Shown here: positions 1 to 12,621 of the stretch, in pieces
Layout of the letters: every line of letters begins with the position of its first letter
How positions within the stretch are numbered: the stretch's first letter is position 1
Source of the DNA: an uncultured Erysipelotrichaceae bacterium
GTDB lineage: Bacteria > Bacillota_I > Bacilli_A > RF39 > UBA660
Reading direction: 5' to 3'
NCBI GenBank assembly: GCA_902785135.1
Contig: CACZXL010000003.1
Span: forward strand, 2,281-66,280
Length of the DNA stretch: 64,000 nt
Notes under the pieces: generated by a model
Told to the model about the DNA's origin: nothing
Database searches by the model: none
What the model saw: the letters and a program-made list of their open reading frames with translations, nothing else
Position numbers and translations under genes: made by a program

Positions 1-276
1 ACTTGATATAATAAATCCTATAATATTACCTAGTATAAAACTAATAATTATTTCTTTTAAAGTAGTTAAAACATGTAATAGAATATTATCAGTATTAATA
101 ATAGTATTTATTATTTTAGATGGAGAAGAGAACATAAAAGTATCTATTACTTTTAATTTAGATAATACTTCCCATAAGAATAAGAATATAACAAGTATCA
201 TTATTCTAGAGATAGTAATAAATAGTTTATCTTTTTTTATATTTTTTAAATATATTTTTCTTTCATCACTAATCAT
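1..276 (-). CDS. ABC transporter permease, NitT/TauT (YtlD-like), runs off the window edge
   Basis: Not in the ORF track. ATG at 276 overlaps the ATPase stop. Reads MISDERKIYLKNIKKDKLFITISRIMILVIFLFLWEVL..FSSPSKI, a typical permease N-terminus. Confidence 0.85.
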   Translation of the reverse strand, partial: MISDERKIYLKNIKKDKLFITISRIMILVIFLFLWEVLSKLKVIDTFMFSSPSKIINTIINTDNILLHVLTTLKEIIISFILGNIIGFIISS

Positions 277-1003
277 TTAGATCTCTCCATATTCTAGAAT
301 AGTATTCCATAAATTCTTTACTTGTTCTATTTTTAATAATATCATCATCAAAATCATAATCTATTTTATATATAGCTTTTATACTTGATGGAGTATTAGA
401 TAGAACAATTACTTTATTAGACATATTAATGGCTTCAGATATATCATGAGTAACCATTATTAATGTCTTTTTCTCATTTTTTATTATATTTTTAATATCT
501 TTAGATATATTTAATCTGGTTTGATAATCAAGAGCGGAGAATGGTTCATCAAGTAGTAATATATCTGGATTTAACGCAAGTGTTCTTATAAGCGCCGCTC
601 TTTGTCTTTGTCCACCAGATAAATCATCTGGATAAGAGTATATATAGTCTTCTAGACCATATTTTATTAATAAATCTTTAACTCTTTTTATATTATCTTT
701 TTTGCATTTTTTATTTATCTTAAGACCTAATAAACAATTATCTAATATAGTTAAATATGGCATTAAATAATCTTTTTGAAGCATATAACCAATAGTTATA
801 TCATTCTTTATAATTTTACCTTTATAATCTTCTAAACCTGCGATAATAGATAGAAGAGTAGATTTACCCGCACCAGAAGGACCTACTATAGATATAAAGT
901 CTCCTTCATTAACTTTAAAATTTATATTATGTAAAACAATTATTTCTTTTTCTATAGTTTGGTAGTTTTTATATAAATCTTTTATTTCTAATATAGTATT
1001 CAT
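269..1003 (-). CDS. ABC transporter ATP-binding protein, NitT/TauT family
   Basis: Walker A GPSGAGKS, LSGGQRQR signature, LLLDEPFSALD. Confidence 0.93.
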   Translation of the reverse strand: MNTILEIKDLYKNYQTIEKEIIVLHNINFKVNEGDFISIVGPSGAGKSTLLSIIAGLEDYKGKIIKNDITIGYMLQKDYLMPYLTILDNCLLGLKINKKCKKDNIKRVKDLLIKYGLEDYIYSYPDDLSGGQRQRAALIRTLALNPDILLLDEPFSALDYQTRLNISKDIKNIIKNEKKTLIMVTHDISEAINMSNKVIVLSNTPSSIKAIYKIDYDFDDDIIKNRTSKEFMEYYSRIWRDLND

Positions 1004-1004
1004 A

Positions 1005-1997
1005 TTATTTAGAAAAACTAGTATTTACTAATTTTTTATATGGAACTTTTTTCTTTATAATACCTGCCTCAATTACTATATCTTGCATATGATCAAAATC
1101 TCTTTTCTTTAAATAAGTATTTTTCATCCATGCATCATTATCTTTATATCTTTTAATCATTTTTTCTAAATCATTAATAGTCATATCTGGAAAGAATTCT
1201 ACTAGTTCTTTAGCTAGTTTTTTATTATCAGTTTTATGAACATAATCTAGTCCTTTATCTATTGCTTTTGTAAATCTTTTAATAGTGTCTGGATTCTTTT
1301 TAATATAGCTTTTTAGAGCGTTATAACTAGTATATGGAACAGAACCTCCATATTCACCAACATAACCAACTACATATCCTTTACCTTGTTTTTCTACCAT
1401 AGTTGCGTTTGGCTCAAATAGAGTAACATAATCACCAGTACCTGATATAAAAGCTGATGCCATAGATGCGAATTCTACACTTGTATCAATAGTTACATCT
1501 TTTATATCAATATTATTTTCTTTTAGAGTATATTCAAGTGTCATTTCTGGCATGCCACCTTTTCTTCCACCGATTATATATTTTCCTTTTAAGTTTTCTA
1601 GCTTAAAATCTTTTTCTTTTTTTCTAGAAACAATAAAAGACCCATCTCTTTTAGTTAGGGCAGCGAAGTTTACTAAGTAATCTTTTTTACCAGAATTATA
1701 TACATAGATAGATTGTTCACTTCCACAAAAACCAATATCAACGTCTTTAGATAATACTGCTGATGCGACTTTATCTGCCCCTGGAGTAAGTACTATTTCT
1801 ACATTTAATCCTTCTTCTTTGAAATATCCTTTTTTAACTGCGACATATTGAGGTGCGTAAAAAATAGAATGCGCAACTTCTGCGACTTTTACATTTTTTA
1901 GATCATTCTTTTTAGTTTTAGTAATATCTTTATTAATAAAGATAATACCTATAACCACTATTACAAATAAAATAATTCCTAATATAATCTTCTTCAT
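1005..1997 (-). CDS. ABC transporter substrate-binding protein (NMT1/SsuA, YtlA-like)
   Basis: N-terminal TM anchor; EVAHSIFYAPQYVA..GYF.EEGL and GGRKGGMPEM motifs. Confidence 0.88.
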   Translation of the reverse strand: MKKIILGIILFVIVVIGIIFINKDITKTKKNDLKNVKVAEVAHSIFYAPQYVAVKKGYFKEEGLNVEIVLTPGADKVASAVLSKDVDIGFCGSEQSIYVYNSGKKDYLVNFAALTKRDGSFIVSRKKEKDFKLENLKGKYIIGGRKGGMPEMTLEYTLKENNIDIKDVTIDTSVEFASMASAFISGTGDYVTLFEPNATMVEKQGKGYVVGYVGEYGGSVPYTSYNALKSYIKKNPDTIKRFTKAIDKGLDYVHKTDNKKLAKELVEFFPDMTINDLEKMIKRYKDNDAWMKNTYLKKRDFDHMQDIVIEAGIIKKKVPYKKLVNTSFSK

Positions 1998-2069
1998 TTT
2001 TTCATCTTCCTTTCAAAGTATTATATGAAAAGATGTTAATTTATGATACAATTAAATAGGTGATAAAAA

Positions 2070-4160
2070 ATGATAGAAAACTTAAATGATAGACAACTTG
2101 AAGCCGCAACTAATCTTGATGGACCAATGCTTGTTTTAGCGGGCGCAGGTTCAGGTAAGACTAGAGTTTTAACAACAAAAGTAGCGTATCTTTTAGATCA
2201 AAAAGATATATCGCCAAAGAACATCTTAGCGATTACTTTTACAAATAAAGCTGCAAAAGAAATGAAAGAAAGAATATTTAATTTAATAGGTAGAGAAGCA
2301 TTTTTAATACAAATATCTACTTTCCATTCTTTTGGTTTAAAGTTATTAAAAGAAAACTATGAATTACTTGGTTATGAAAGTAATTTTACTATATTAGATG
2401 CCGATGATTCTTTAACTGTAATTAAGAAGATAATGAAAGAACAAGGAATTGATTCAAATAAGTATAATTATAGAGCGATAAGATCAAGTATATCTGATAA
2501 TAAAAATGAAATGGTATCAGTCTCTGAATATGAAAAGTTTGTTTATACTGATTATGATAAAGTAGTATATGAAGTATATAAAGAATATGAAAATAGTTTA
2601 AAAAGAAGTAATGCGATAGATTTTGATGATTTATTACTTCTTCCAATAAAACTATTTAGTGAACATAAAGAAGTACTAGAAAAGTATCAAGAACAATATA
2701 AATATGTATTTATAGATGAGTATCAAGATACTAATAAACCACAGTATTTAATGAGTAAGATGATATCAGCTAAATATAAGAATATAACTGTTGTTGGAGA
2801 TAATGACCAAGCAATATTTACTTGGAGAGGTGCAGATTATAAAAATATACTTAACTTTGAAAAAGATTATCCAGATGCGAAAGTAGTTATTCTAGATGAA
2901 AATTATAGATCAACTAAAACTATATTAAAGGCTGCGAATAATGTTATTAAGAATAATAAGATTCGTAAAGAAAAGAATTTATGGACTAATAATGAAGAAG
3001 GTCCTTTAATAAAATACTATAAAGCATTTGATGAAAAAGATGAATCAGGATTTGTTGTTAAAGAGATAAAGAAGTTAATAGATGATGGAATTAATCCAAA
3101 TGAAATATGCGTTCTTTATAGAGCGAATGCGCAAAGCAGAAACGTAGAAGAAGCATTCTTACAAAGTAATATTTCATATAGAATAGTTGGTTCTTATGCA
3201 TTCTATAATAGAAAAGAAATAAAAGACTTAATCGCATATTTAAAACTTGTTCATAATGAAAAAGATGATGTATCTCTTTTAAGAGTTATTAATTATCCTA
3301 AAAGAGGAATTGGTTCTAAATCAATAGAGAATTTAGCAATAGAATCTAAAAATAATAATTGTTCTATGTATGAAGCAATTTCCGGTGGAAAAGAAGAATT
3401 TAAAAAGATAATAGAATTATTAAAAAAAGAAAAAGATAAAATGTCTTTAACTGACTTTGTAGATTTAGTATTAGATAAAACAGGTATTAAAGAAAGTTTA
3501 AAAAATGAACATACTTTAGAAGCAGATATAAGATTAGAGAACTTAGAAGAATTTAAATCTATTACTAAGAATGTAGAAGAAGCAGATGGTATTGTTAGTT
3601 TAGAAGATTTCTTAGATGAATTAAGTTTAGTTTCAGATGCATCTGAGAATCAAAAAGAAGATGAAGATAAAGTAACTTTAATGACTATGCATGCCGTTAA
3701 AGGGCTAGAATTTGATTATGTATTTGTAGTAGGTGTAGAAGAAGGTTTATTCCCACATTTAAATAGTATGAATAGTGAAGAAGAACTTGAAGAAGAAAGA
3801 AGACTATGTTATGTAGCAATAACAAGAGCGAGAAAGAAATTATATATAATTAATTCTAGAAGTAGACTTTTATATGGTAAAGTATCAAGTAATGTACCTA
3901 GTAGATTTATCGCAGAAATAGGTGATGATTTACTTGAACAAGAAAAGAAGGAATCTATATTTACTAAGAAAATAAATAGAGAAGAAATGATTACTAATAA
4001 TGATTTAAAACCAGGCGATCTTGTTAAACATGAGAAGTATGGTAATGGTGTAGTACTTAATATAGAAGGTAAAATCGCAACTATTAGTTTTACTAAAAAT
4101 GGAGTTAAAAAGTTATTAAAAGATCATAAAGCAATAAAGAAAGTGCAAATGGAGGTATAA
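2070..4160 (+). CDS. pcrA: ATP-dependent DNA helicase PcrA/UvrD
   Basis: LAGAGSGKTRVLT, DEYQDTN, MTMHAVKGLEF, EERRLCYVAITRA; C-terminal Tudor-like HEKYGNG. Confidence 0.96.
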   Translation: MIENLNDRQLEAATNLDGPMLVLAGAGSGKTRVLTTKVAYLLDQKDISPKNILAITFTNKAAKEMKERIFNLIGREAFLIQISTFHSFGLKLLKENYELLGYESNFTILDADDSLTVIKKIMKEQGIDSNKYNYRAIRSSISDNKNEMVSVSEYEKFVYTDYDKVVYEVYKEYENSLKRSNAIDFDDLLLLPIKLFSEHKEVLEKYQEQYKYVFIDEYQDTNKPQYLMSKMISAKYKNITVVGDNDQAIFTWRGADYKNILNFEKDYPDAKVVILDENYRSTKTILKAANNVIKNNKIRKEKNLWTNNEEGPLIKYYKAFDEKDESGFVVKEIKKLIDDGINPNEICVLYRANAQSRNVEEAFLQSNISYRIVGSYAFYNRKEIKDLIAYLKLVHNEKDDVSLLRVINYPKRGIGSKSIENLAIESKNNNCSMYEAISGGKEEFKKIIELLKKEKDKMSLTDFVDLVLDKTGIKESLKNEHTLEADIRLENLEEFKSITKNVEEADGIVSLEDFLDELSLVSDASENQKEDEDKVTLMTMHAVKGLEFDYVFVVGVEEGLFPHLNSMNSEEELEEERRLCYVAITRARKKLYIINSRSRLLYGKVSSNVPSRFIAEIGDDLLEQEKKESIFTKKINREEMITNNDLKPGDLVKHEKYGNGVVLNIEGKIATISFTKNGVKKLLKDHKAIKKVQMEV

Positions 4161-5051
4161 ATGGAATTATTAATTATGGCTGCGGGAATGGGCAGTAGAT
4201 TTGGAGGACTTAAACAAATAGAACCAGTTGGTCCTAATGGAGAATTTATTATAGATTATTCAGTATATGATGCGAAAAAAGCTGGTTTTGATAAAGTAGT
4301 ATTTATAATAAAAGAAGAAAACTATGAATTATTTAAAGAGACTATAGGAAAAAGAGTAGAACCTCATATGGAAGTTGATTATGTTTTTCAAAAGATGGAA
4401 GATATTCCTGAATTTGTAAATATACCTGAAACTAGAGTAAAACCTTGGGGAACTGCACAAGCAATATATGAAGCGAAAGATAAAATAACTGGACCTTTCT
4501 TAGTTATTAACGCAGATGATTTTTATGGAAGAGATTCATACTTTGTCGCAAGAGATTTCTTACAAAGTGATGTAGAAGATAAATATTCTACAATAGGATA
4601 TAAAGCAAAGAATACTATGACTAAAAATGGATCTGTTAAAAGAGGAGTTATAAAAGAAGATAATGGTAATTTATTATCTATAACAGAAAGTAAATTAGAA
4701 TATGTTAGTGATAAGATAATTGCGAAAAGTTTAGAAACAGGAAATGAATTTGAAGTAGATAAAGAAGATTTAGTTTCTATGAATATGCTTACTTTTGATC
4801 CATCTATATTTCCATTTATTAAAAAGAGAATGGATATATTCTTTAAAGAAAATGAGAATAATTTAGATTCATGTGAATTTTTAATACCAATAGAAATGGA
4901 AAGAGCAATAGAAGAAGGAAAAAAAGTAAAAGTACTTAATACAAATGCTAACTGGTATGGAATCACTTATAGAGAAGACTTAGAAGAAGTTAAAAACGCA
5001 ATCAATGAAATGATTGAAAGAGGTGACTATCCATATAATTTATGGAGTTAA
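4161..5051 (+). CDS. Sugar-phosphate nucleotidyltransferase (NTP_transferase family)
   Basis: MAAGMGSRFGGLKQ, KPWGTAQA, INADDFYG. Confidence 0.85.
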   Translation: MELLIMAAGMGSRFGGLKQIEPVGPNGEFIIDYSVYDAKKAGFDKVVFIIKEENYELFKETIGKRVEPHMEVDYVFQKMEDIPEFVNIPETRVKPWGTAQAIYEAKDKITGPFLVINADDFYGRDSYFVARDFLQSDVEDKYSTIGYKAKNTMTKNGSVKRGVIKEDNGNLLSITESKLEYVSDKIIAKSLETGNEFEVDKEDLVSMNMLTFDPSIFPFIKKRMDIFFKENENNLDSCEFLIPIEMERAIEEGKKVKVLNTNANWYGITYREDLEEVKNAINEMIERGDYPYNLWS

Positions 5052-5052
5052 T

Positions 5053-5910
5053 ATGAAAAAAGTTAGAAAATGTGTTATTCCGGTCGCTGGAATGGGTACT
5101 AGATTTTTACCTGGTACTAAATCTATACCAAAAGAAATGTTTCCAATAATAGATAAACCAGCTATTCAATATATAGTTGAAGAAGCAGTAAATAGTGGTA
5201 TAGAAGAAATATTATTTATAACTAGTCCATATAAAAACTCAGTTATAGATCATTTTGATAGAAGTTATGAACTAGAAAATAGATTAGAAAAAAGTGGTAA
5301 AGAAGATAAAGTAGAATTAATAAAGAATTTATCTTCGTTAGCGACTTTTACTTATATAAGACAAGGTGAACCATTAGGTTCAGGACATGCAATTAAACTT
5401 GCTAAAAACTTTGTTGGAAATGAACCATTCGCAGTTATGTATGGTGATGATGTTATGATGTACGATGAAAAACCAGTATTAAAACAATTAATAGATGTTT
5501 ATGAAGAAAAAGACTGTAATGTTATTGGTGTACAAGAAGTACCTAAAAAACTAGTTAATAAATATGGAATAATGATTTATGATAAAGAAAACGAAGGTAA
5601 GATTATAGGTCTAGTAGAAAAACCAAAAATAGAAGAAGCACCATCAAATCATGCAGGATTAGGTAGATATATAGTTAAACCAGAAATATTTGATGAATTA
5701 GAGAGCATAAGCGCTGCTTCTAACGGTGAATACCAGTTTACTGATGCAATGCTAAATCTTATGAAAAAACAAGATTTTTATGCATGTAAATTTGATGGTA
5801 AATACTTTGATATAGGTAGTCAATTTGGTTATCTAAAAGCAAATGTAGAATTTGCTTTAAAAAGAGATGATCTTAAAGATGATATGAAAGAATACTTAGA
5901 AAAATTTTAG
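5053..5910 (+). CDS. galU: UTP--glucose-1-phosphate uridylyltransferase
   Basis: IPVAGMGTRFLPGTKSIPKEMFPI, EPLGSGHA, VEKP; start moved to the ATG after GGAG. Confidence 0.93.
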   Translation: MKKVRKCVIPVAGMGTRFLPGTKSIPKEMFPIIDKPAIQYIVEEAVNSGIEEILFITSPYKNSVIDHFDRSYELENRLEKSGKEDKVELIKNLSSLATFTYIRQGEPLGSGHAIKLAKNFVGNEPFAVMYGDDVMMYDEKPVLKQLIDVYEEKDCNVIGVQEVPKKLVNKYGIMIYDKENEGKIIGLVEKPKIEEAPSNHAGLGRYIVKPEIFDELESISAASNGEYQFTDAMLNLMKKQDFYACKFDGKYFDIGSQFGYLKANVEFALKRDDLKDDMKEYLEKF

Positions 5911-5996
5911 TGGATACTAAAATTTTTTTATTATAGTTGATAAATATATTAAAAAAATGTTATTATATATATAAGAATAATCATAGAGGTGATATT

Positions 5997-7277
5997 ATGA
6001 GCATTAATGATTTAACAATTGAAGAATTAAGCGAAATAATAGAAAATAAAAAAATCCCTGAAGAAGGAATTCTTTTAGAAAATGGATTTCCTGCGACTAT
6101 AGAAGAATTAGAAAAAAGATATGAAGAATTATTAATGAAACAAAATGAAGAATTATTAAATGAATATATATTAATGGATGAAGAAGAAGTAAAAGAAGAA
6201 AAAAAATATAGATTTAAAAAATTAATCTCAAAAGTATTACCTGCTGCGGCAATGATGTCTCTCATAGCGATAGGTACAACAGGTATAAATAATACTAATA
6301 TAATAAGAAATGAAACTAATTATGATATTGTTTCAGATGATGTTACTGATATAAGTTTAGAAACAGAAGAAATAGTACCTATTGGAACAAGTGTAGATTT
6401 AGAAGTATCTAAATATGATCTTAATAATATAAAATTTGGTGATAGCATAGAGTTACCAGAAGGTATTAGTTATTATGAATCTACAGATCATGATTTTGGT
6501 GGAAAAAATGAATTAAAACATATAGGAGATAATTCATTACAAAGTAAAGAATATTTATTAGAAGGAATATCTATTCAAATACCTACAGAAGATGGTAGTT
6601 ATAGAGTTGGACAAGTTAAATGGAAAACTGGTATGACTTTAGATGAAGTAGTAGATGATTATTTATTAAATAATGGTTTAGATGAAAATGATGTTAATAT
6701 AAGACTTCATTTTAGTAGTCCAATTTCTGGGTGGGTAAACTATGATGAATTATTAACTTATAAAGATGTTGTTACTATAGAAAATGAAAAAGAAATAAAA
6801 GAAACAAAGCATATAGATCAAAAAGTTGAAGATTTTAATGGTACAGTAACTTTTAAAAATAATGAACAAGAAGTAAGTGTTAAATTAGTAGATGATGAAA
6901 ATAATTATTTATCTGTTGGATCTATTGTTAAAGGATCTGATGGTAAAGATTATAAAATAGATACTCTTAATACTTTAGAAGTTAATAGAGTAGTAGAAAA
7001 TACTAATGAAGTAGTTAAAGATAATATACTTGTTTGGAGTTTAAAAGATATATCTCTTCCAGCTTCAGCGATAATAATGGGATCAACTATTCTAGGAAGT
7101 GCAGCTTTATTATTTAAAAAGAAAAAAGAAATAAATGATGATTATGAAGTTTTTGATGAAGATGAATCTTTAGAATATATGATAGATGCACAAAAGAATA
7201 TGAGAGATACTTTATTAAAGATTCAAAATACGTTAGAACAAATGAAAGAAACTACTGTTAAAAAGAGTTCTTTGTAG
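5997..7277 (+). CDS. Orphan membrane-anchored acidic protein with two hydrophobic segments
   Basis: RBS GAGGTG; TM segments VLPAAAMMSLIAIG and ASAIIMGSTILGSAALLF; family not recognised. Confidence 0.75.
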   Translation: MSINDLTIEELSEIIENKKIPEEGILLENGFPATIEELEKRYEELLMKQNEELLNEYILMDEEEVKEEKKYRFKKLISKVLPAAAMMSLIAIGTTGINNTNIIRNETNYDIVSDDVTDISLETEEIVPIGTSVDLEVSKYDLNNIKFGDSIELPEGISYYESTDHDFGGKNELKHIGDNSLQSKEYLLEGISIQIPTEDGSYRVGQVKWKTGMTLDEVVDDYLLNNGLDENDVNIRLHFSSPISGWVNYDELLTYKDVVTIENEKEIKETKHIDQKVEDFNGTVTFKNNEQEVSVKLVDDENNYLSVGSIVKGSDGKDYKIDTLNTLEVNRVVENTNEVVKDNILVWSLKDISLPASAIIMGSTILGSAALLFKKKKEINDDYEVFDEDESLEYMIDAQKNMRDTLLKIQNTLEQMKETTVKKSSL

Positions 7278-7285
7278 GAGGTACT

Positions 7286-7535
7286 ATGGAAAATAATAAT
7301 CCACTTATAATAGAAATGACTGATGAAAATGGTCAAAAAGTAAAAGTAGAAATAGTTAATAAATTTGAAGATAATAATAAACAATATGTTATCGCTAATG
7401 ATTTAAGTAATGATACTGATTCTTATATCTTAGAAGTGAGAAAGATAGAAGGTACTGATAATGTAGAATTACTTAGTGTTGAAGATATAGATGAATTTAA
7501 TAGATTATGTAATTTATTAGATCAATATGATGAAT

Positions 7536-7537
<2 letters not shown>
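7286..7537 (+). CDS. DUF1292-like small acidic protein
   Basis: RBS GGAGG; IEMTDENG..EIVNKFE..KQYVI pattern. Confidence 0.65.
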
Positions 7538-9586
<2,049 letters not shown>

Positions 9587-9657
9587 TTTATCATTTTTTT
9601 TATTTTTTAGGGGAATTTCTTTCTTTATTGGTTAATAAATACAATGAGGGAGGAAAT

Positions 9658-11076
9658 ATGAAAAAGATTTTAAGGATATTACTTATAATATCCACAGTAT
9701 TTTTAATTGGAATAAAAGGGGTAAGTGCTGAAAGTGTTAATATTACTCAGCAGTTTGTTGATAATGTTTGGTCATTTCATTATAGAAATGGTAGTGTATG
9801 GACATTTGGAAATTTACCATATAATTATGCGAATGGTAAACTAGTATACTGTATACAACCTGATGCTAGAATAACAACTAGTTCTTATAATGTATATAGT
9901 GATTTTACTATGTCTGGATATAGTAATGATATAAAAAGACAAATGGAATTAATATCATATTATGGATATAAATATCCAGGTCATGAATCTTTAAAGTATT
10001 ATATGGCTACTCAAGAATTAATGTGGCTATTTTCAAATGATGAAAGTATTAAATGGACTACTGGTAATACAGATGATACACCTATGATAGATGTATCTTA
10101 TGAAAAAAATGAGATACAAAGATTAATAAATAATCATAATGTAAAACCATCTTTTGCGGAAATAACTTACCATGTAGATGTAGATCAAGGTTTAACTATA
10201 GAAGATAAAAATAGATCTTTAGATAGATATAATATAGTATCAGTTGATAAATTAGAATATAGTATAGAAGGAAATAAAATAAAGATAAAAACACCTAATA
10301 TAGGTGATTATAATTTTAAATTAATACCAAAACAAAACTATAATGGTACAACATATATTTATGATAATTTTTCTACTAGAACTCAAACACTTGCGTCTTT
10401 TGGTAAACCTGATTTAAAAGAATATAAATTTATGGTTAGAGTATATCCTAGAGGAGATATAGAAATAAATAAAACTAATGAAGAAGGAGAAAAACTATCT
10501 GGAGTAGAATTTGAAATATTAGATGAAAATAATAAATTACAAGATACTTTAGTAACAGAAGATGGTTACGCTAAATCTAAATCATTACCAACAGGCAACT
10601 ATATAGTAAAAGAGAAAAAAGAATTATATGGATATGAAAAAGATAATAATGAATATAAGGTATCAGTAACAGGAACAGGAGAAAATTATATACATAAAAC
10701 TTTAGATATAGTTAATAAAAAGATAAAATGTGAAATAACATATATAACTACTAGTAAAGAAGAAAATATTGACGTCAGTTTTAATATATATAAAGATGGA
10801 ATAATTGTTTATTCTGGTAAAACTAAAAATGGTAAAGCTTCTATAGAACTACCTTATGGTGATTTTATTATTAAAGAAATAGAAGTACCAAATGGATATA
10901 AACTAAATGATAAAGAGATAAGTTTTAGTGTTAATGATATAACATGCGCATCTACTCTAAAAGTAGATAATGAAAAGGTAATTATGCCTATAACATCTAC
11001 AAAAAGAAACTATTGTTATTTATTATTATTCTTATTTGATATAGGTGGATTAATATATGTTAAAAAGACTGATTAA
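9658..11076 (+). CDS. Sortase-substrate surface adhesin: thioester domain plus SpaA/CnaB-like Ig repeats
   Basis: Signal peptide; VYCIQP and ATQELMW thioester-domain motifs; Y.VKE..GY E-box-like repeats; C-terminal MPITS, hydrophobic stretch, KK. Confidence 0.8.
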   Translation: MKKILRILLIISTVFLIGIKGVSAESVNITQQFVDNVWSFHYRNGSVWTFGNLPYNYANGKLVYCIQPDARITTSSYNVYSDFTMSGYSNDIKRQMELISYYGYKYPGHESLKYYMATQELMWLFSNDESIKWTTGNTDDTPMIDVSYEKNEIQRLINNHNVKPSFAEITYHVDVDQGLTIEDKNRSLDRYNIVSVDKLEYSIEGNKIKIKTPNIGDYNFKLIPKQNYNGTTYIYDNFSTRTQTLASFGKPDLKEYKFMVRVYPRGDIEINKTNEEGEKLSGVEFEILDENNKLQDTLVTEDGYAKSKSLPTGNYIVKEKKELYGYEKDNNEYKVSVTGTGENYIHKTLDIVNKKIKCEITYITTSKEENIDVSFNIYKDGIIVYSGKTKNGKASIELPYGDFIIKEIEVPNGYKLNDKEISFSVNDITCASTLKVDNEKVIMPITSTKRNYCYLLLFLFDIGGLIYVKKTD

Positions 11077-11539
11077 AATAATAATATTTTTATCTTGTTT
11101 TATATTTATGATACCAGTAACAAAAGATATTAAACTAAAACAAAAAATAGATAATATAATTATAAATAAAGAAAAGAGTATTTATAGAGGTTATATTTAT
11201 ATACCTAAATTTGATTATAAAAATGTTATAAAAAAAGATAAAAGTGCTTTAGATGAGAATCTAGTAGAAATGACTAATTTTAGTGATGAAATAGGAGGAA
11301 GTAATATAGTACTTGCGGGTCATAATAATAGATATGTTTTTAATAAGATATACTATTTAAAAAATGGAGATGAAATTATAATAACTGATAATTCAAAAGA
11401 TTATAAATATGTAGTAGATAAAACAAAATATATAGAAGTAGATGATTATGATTCACTAAATAACAAAGATTCACTAACTTTAATAACATGTACAAATAAT
11501 AATCAAGAAAGATATATAGTAATCGCAAAGAGAGTTTAA
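11057..11539 (+). CDS. Sortase
   Basis: N-terminal TM, LAGHN, LTLITC....R catalytic motif. Confidence 0.9.
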   Translation: MLKRLIKIIIFLSCFIFMIPVTKDIKLKQKIDNIIINKEKSIYRGYIYIPKFDYKNVIKKDKSALDENLVEMTNFSDEIGGSNIVLAGHNNRYVFNKIYYLKNGDEIIITDNSKDYKYVVDKTKYIEVDDYDSLNNKDSLTLITCTNNNQERYIVIAKRV

Positions 11540-11612
11540 TCTCTTTTTTTTATTAAATCTTTATGATAAAATATTGTGCAGAAGATTTATATCCAAAAAG
11601 GGGAGATAATAA

Positions 11613-12584
11613 ATGTTTAAAATAGGTAATTTAGAATTAGAAAATAATATTTGTTTGGCACCTATGGCAGGTTTTTGTAATAGTGCATTTAGAAGGATAG
11701 CTAGAGAACTAGGAGCAGGTTTAGTATTTGCGGAAATGGTATCTGATAAAGCACTTTTTTATGGGGATAAAAAAACATTAAATATGCTTACTATGACTGA
11801 AGAAGAAAGACCTATTGCACAACAAATATTTGGTAGTGATAAAGAAAGTTTTATTATCGCTGCTAAAAAAGTTATGGAAATAATGAAACCAGATATTATT
11901 GATATAAATATGGGTTGTCCTGTCCCTAAAGTAGCAGTTAAATCACAAGCTGGATCAGCTCTATTAAAAAATCCTGAAAAAATAAAAGAAATAGTATCTG
12001 CAGTAGTAGAAACAGTTGATGTACCAGTAACAGTTAAAATAAGAAGTGGCTGGGATTCTAAATCAATTAATGCTGTAGAAGTAGCTAAAGTAATAGAGGA
12101 AGCAGGAGCGTCTGCTATTACAGTGCATCCTAGAACCAGATCACAAGGTTATACAGGTAAAGCAGACTGGTCAATAATTAAAAAGGTAAAAGAAGCAGTT
12201 AATATACCTGTTATAGGTAATGGTGATATTAAAACTCCAGAAGATGCAAAAAGAATGATAGATGAAACTGGTTGTGATGCTGTTATGATAGGTAGAGAAG
12301 CACTTGTTAATCCATTTATATTTAAAGAAGTAGATCATTATTTTAAAACAGGTGAAATACTTCCTAAAGTATCAGATTTTGAAAAAATAGATTTAGCTAT
12401 TAAACATTTAAATTATCTATTAGAAATAAAGAATGAAAAAGTTGCGGTATTAGAAATGAGAACTATCGCGGCAAACTATATAAAAGGTATACAAGGTAGT
12501 ACTAAAATAAAACAAAGTATATTTATGTGTAAAACAAAAGAAGAATTAATAAAAATATTAGAAGAATATAGGAAAACATTATAA
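11613..12584 (+). CDS. dusB: tRNA-dihydrouridine synthase B
   Basis: [29 protein letters not shown]. Confidence 0.95.
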   Translation: MFKIGNLELENNICLAPMAGFCNSAFRRIARELGAGLVFAEMVSDKALFYGDKKTLNMLTMTEEERPIAQQIFGSDKESFIIAAKKVMEIMKPDIIDINMGCPVPKVAVKSQAGSALLKNPEKIKEIVSAVVETVDVPVTVKIRSGWDSKSINAVEVAKVIEEAGASAITVHPRTRSQGYTGKADWSIIKKVKEAVNIPVIGNGDIKTPEDAKRMIDETGCDAVMIGREALVNPFIFKEVDHYFKTGEILPKVSDFEKIDLAIKHLNYLLEIKNEKVAVLEMRTIAANYIKGIQGSTKIKQSIFMCKTKEELIKILEEYRKTL

Positions 12585-12621
12585 AATATGATATAATTAC
12601 TTACGTTTAGAGGTGAAAACT

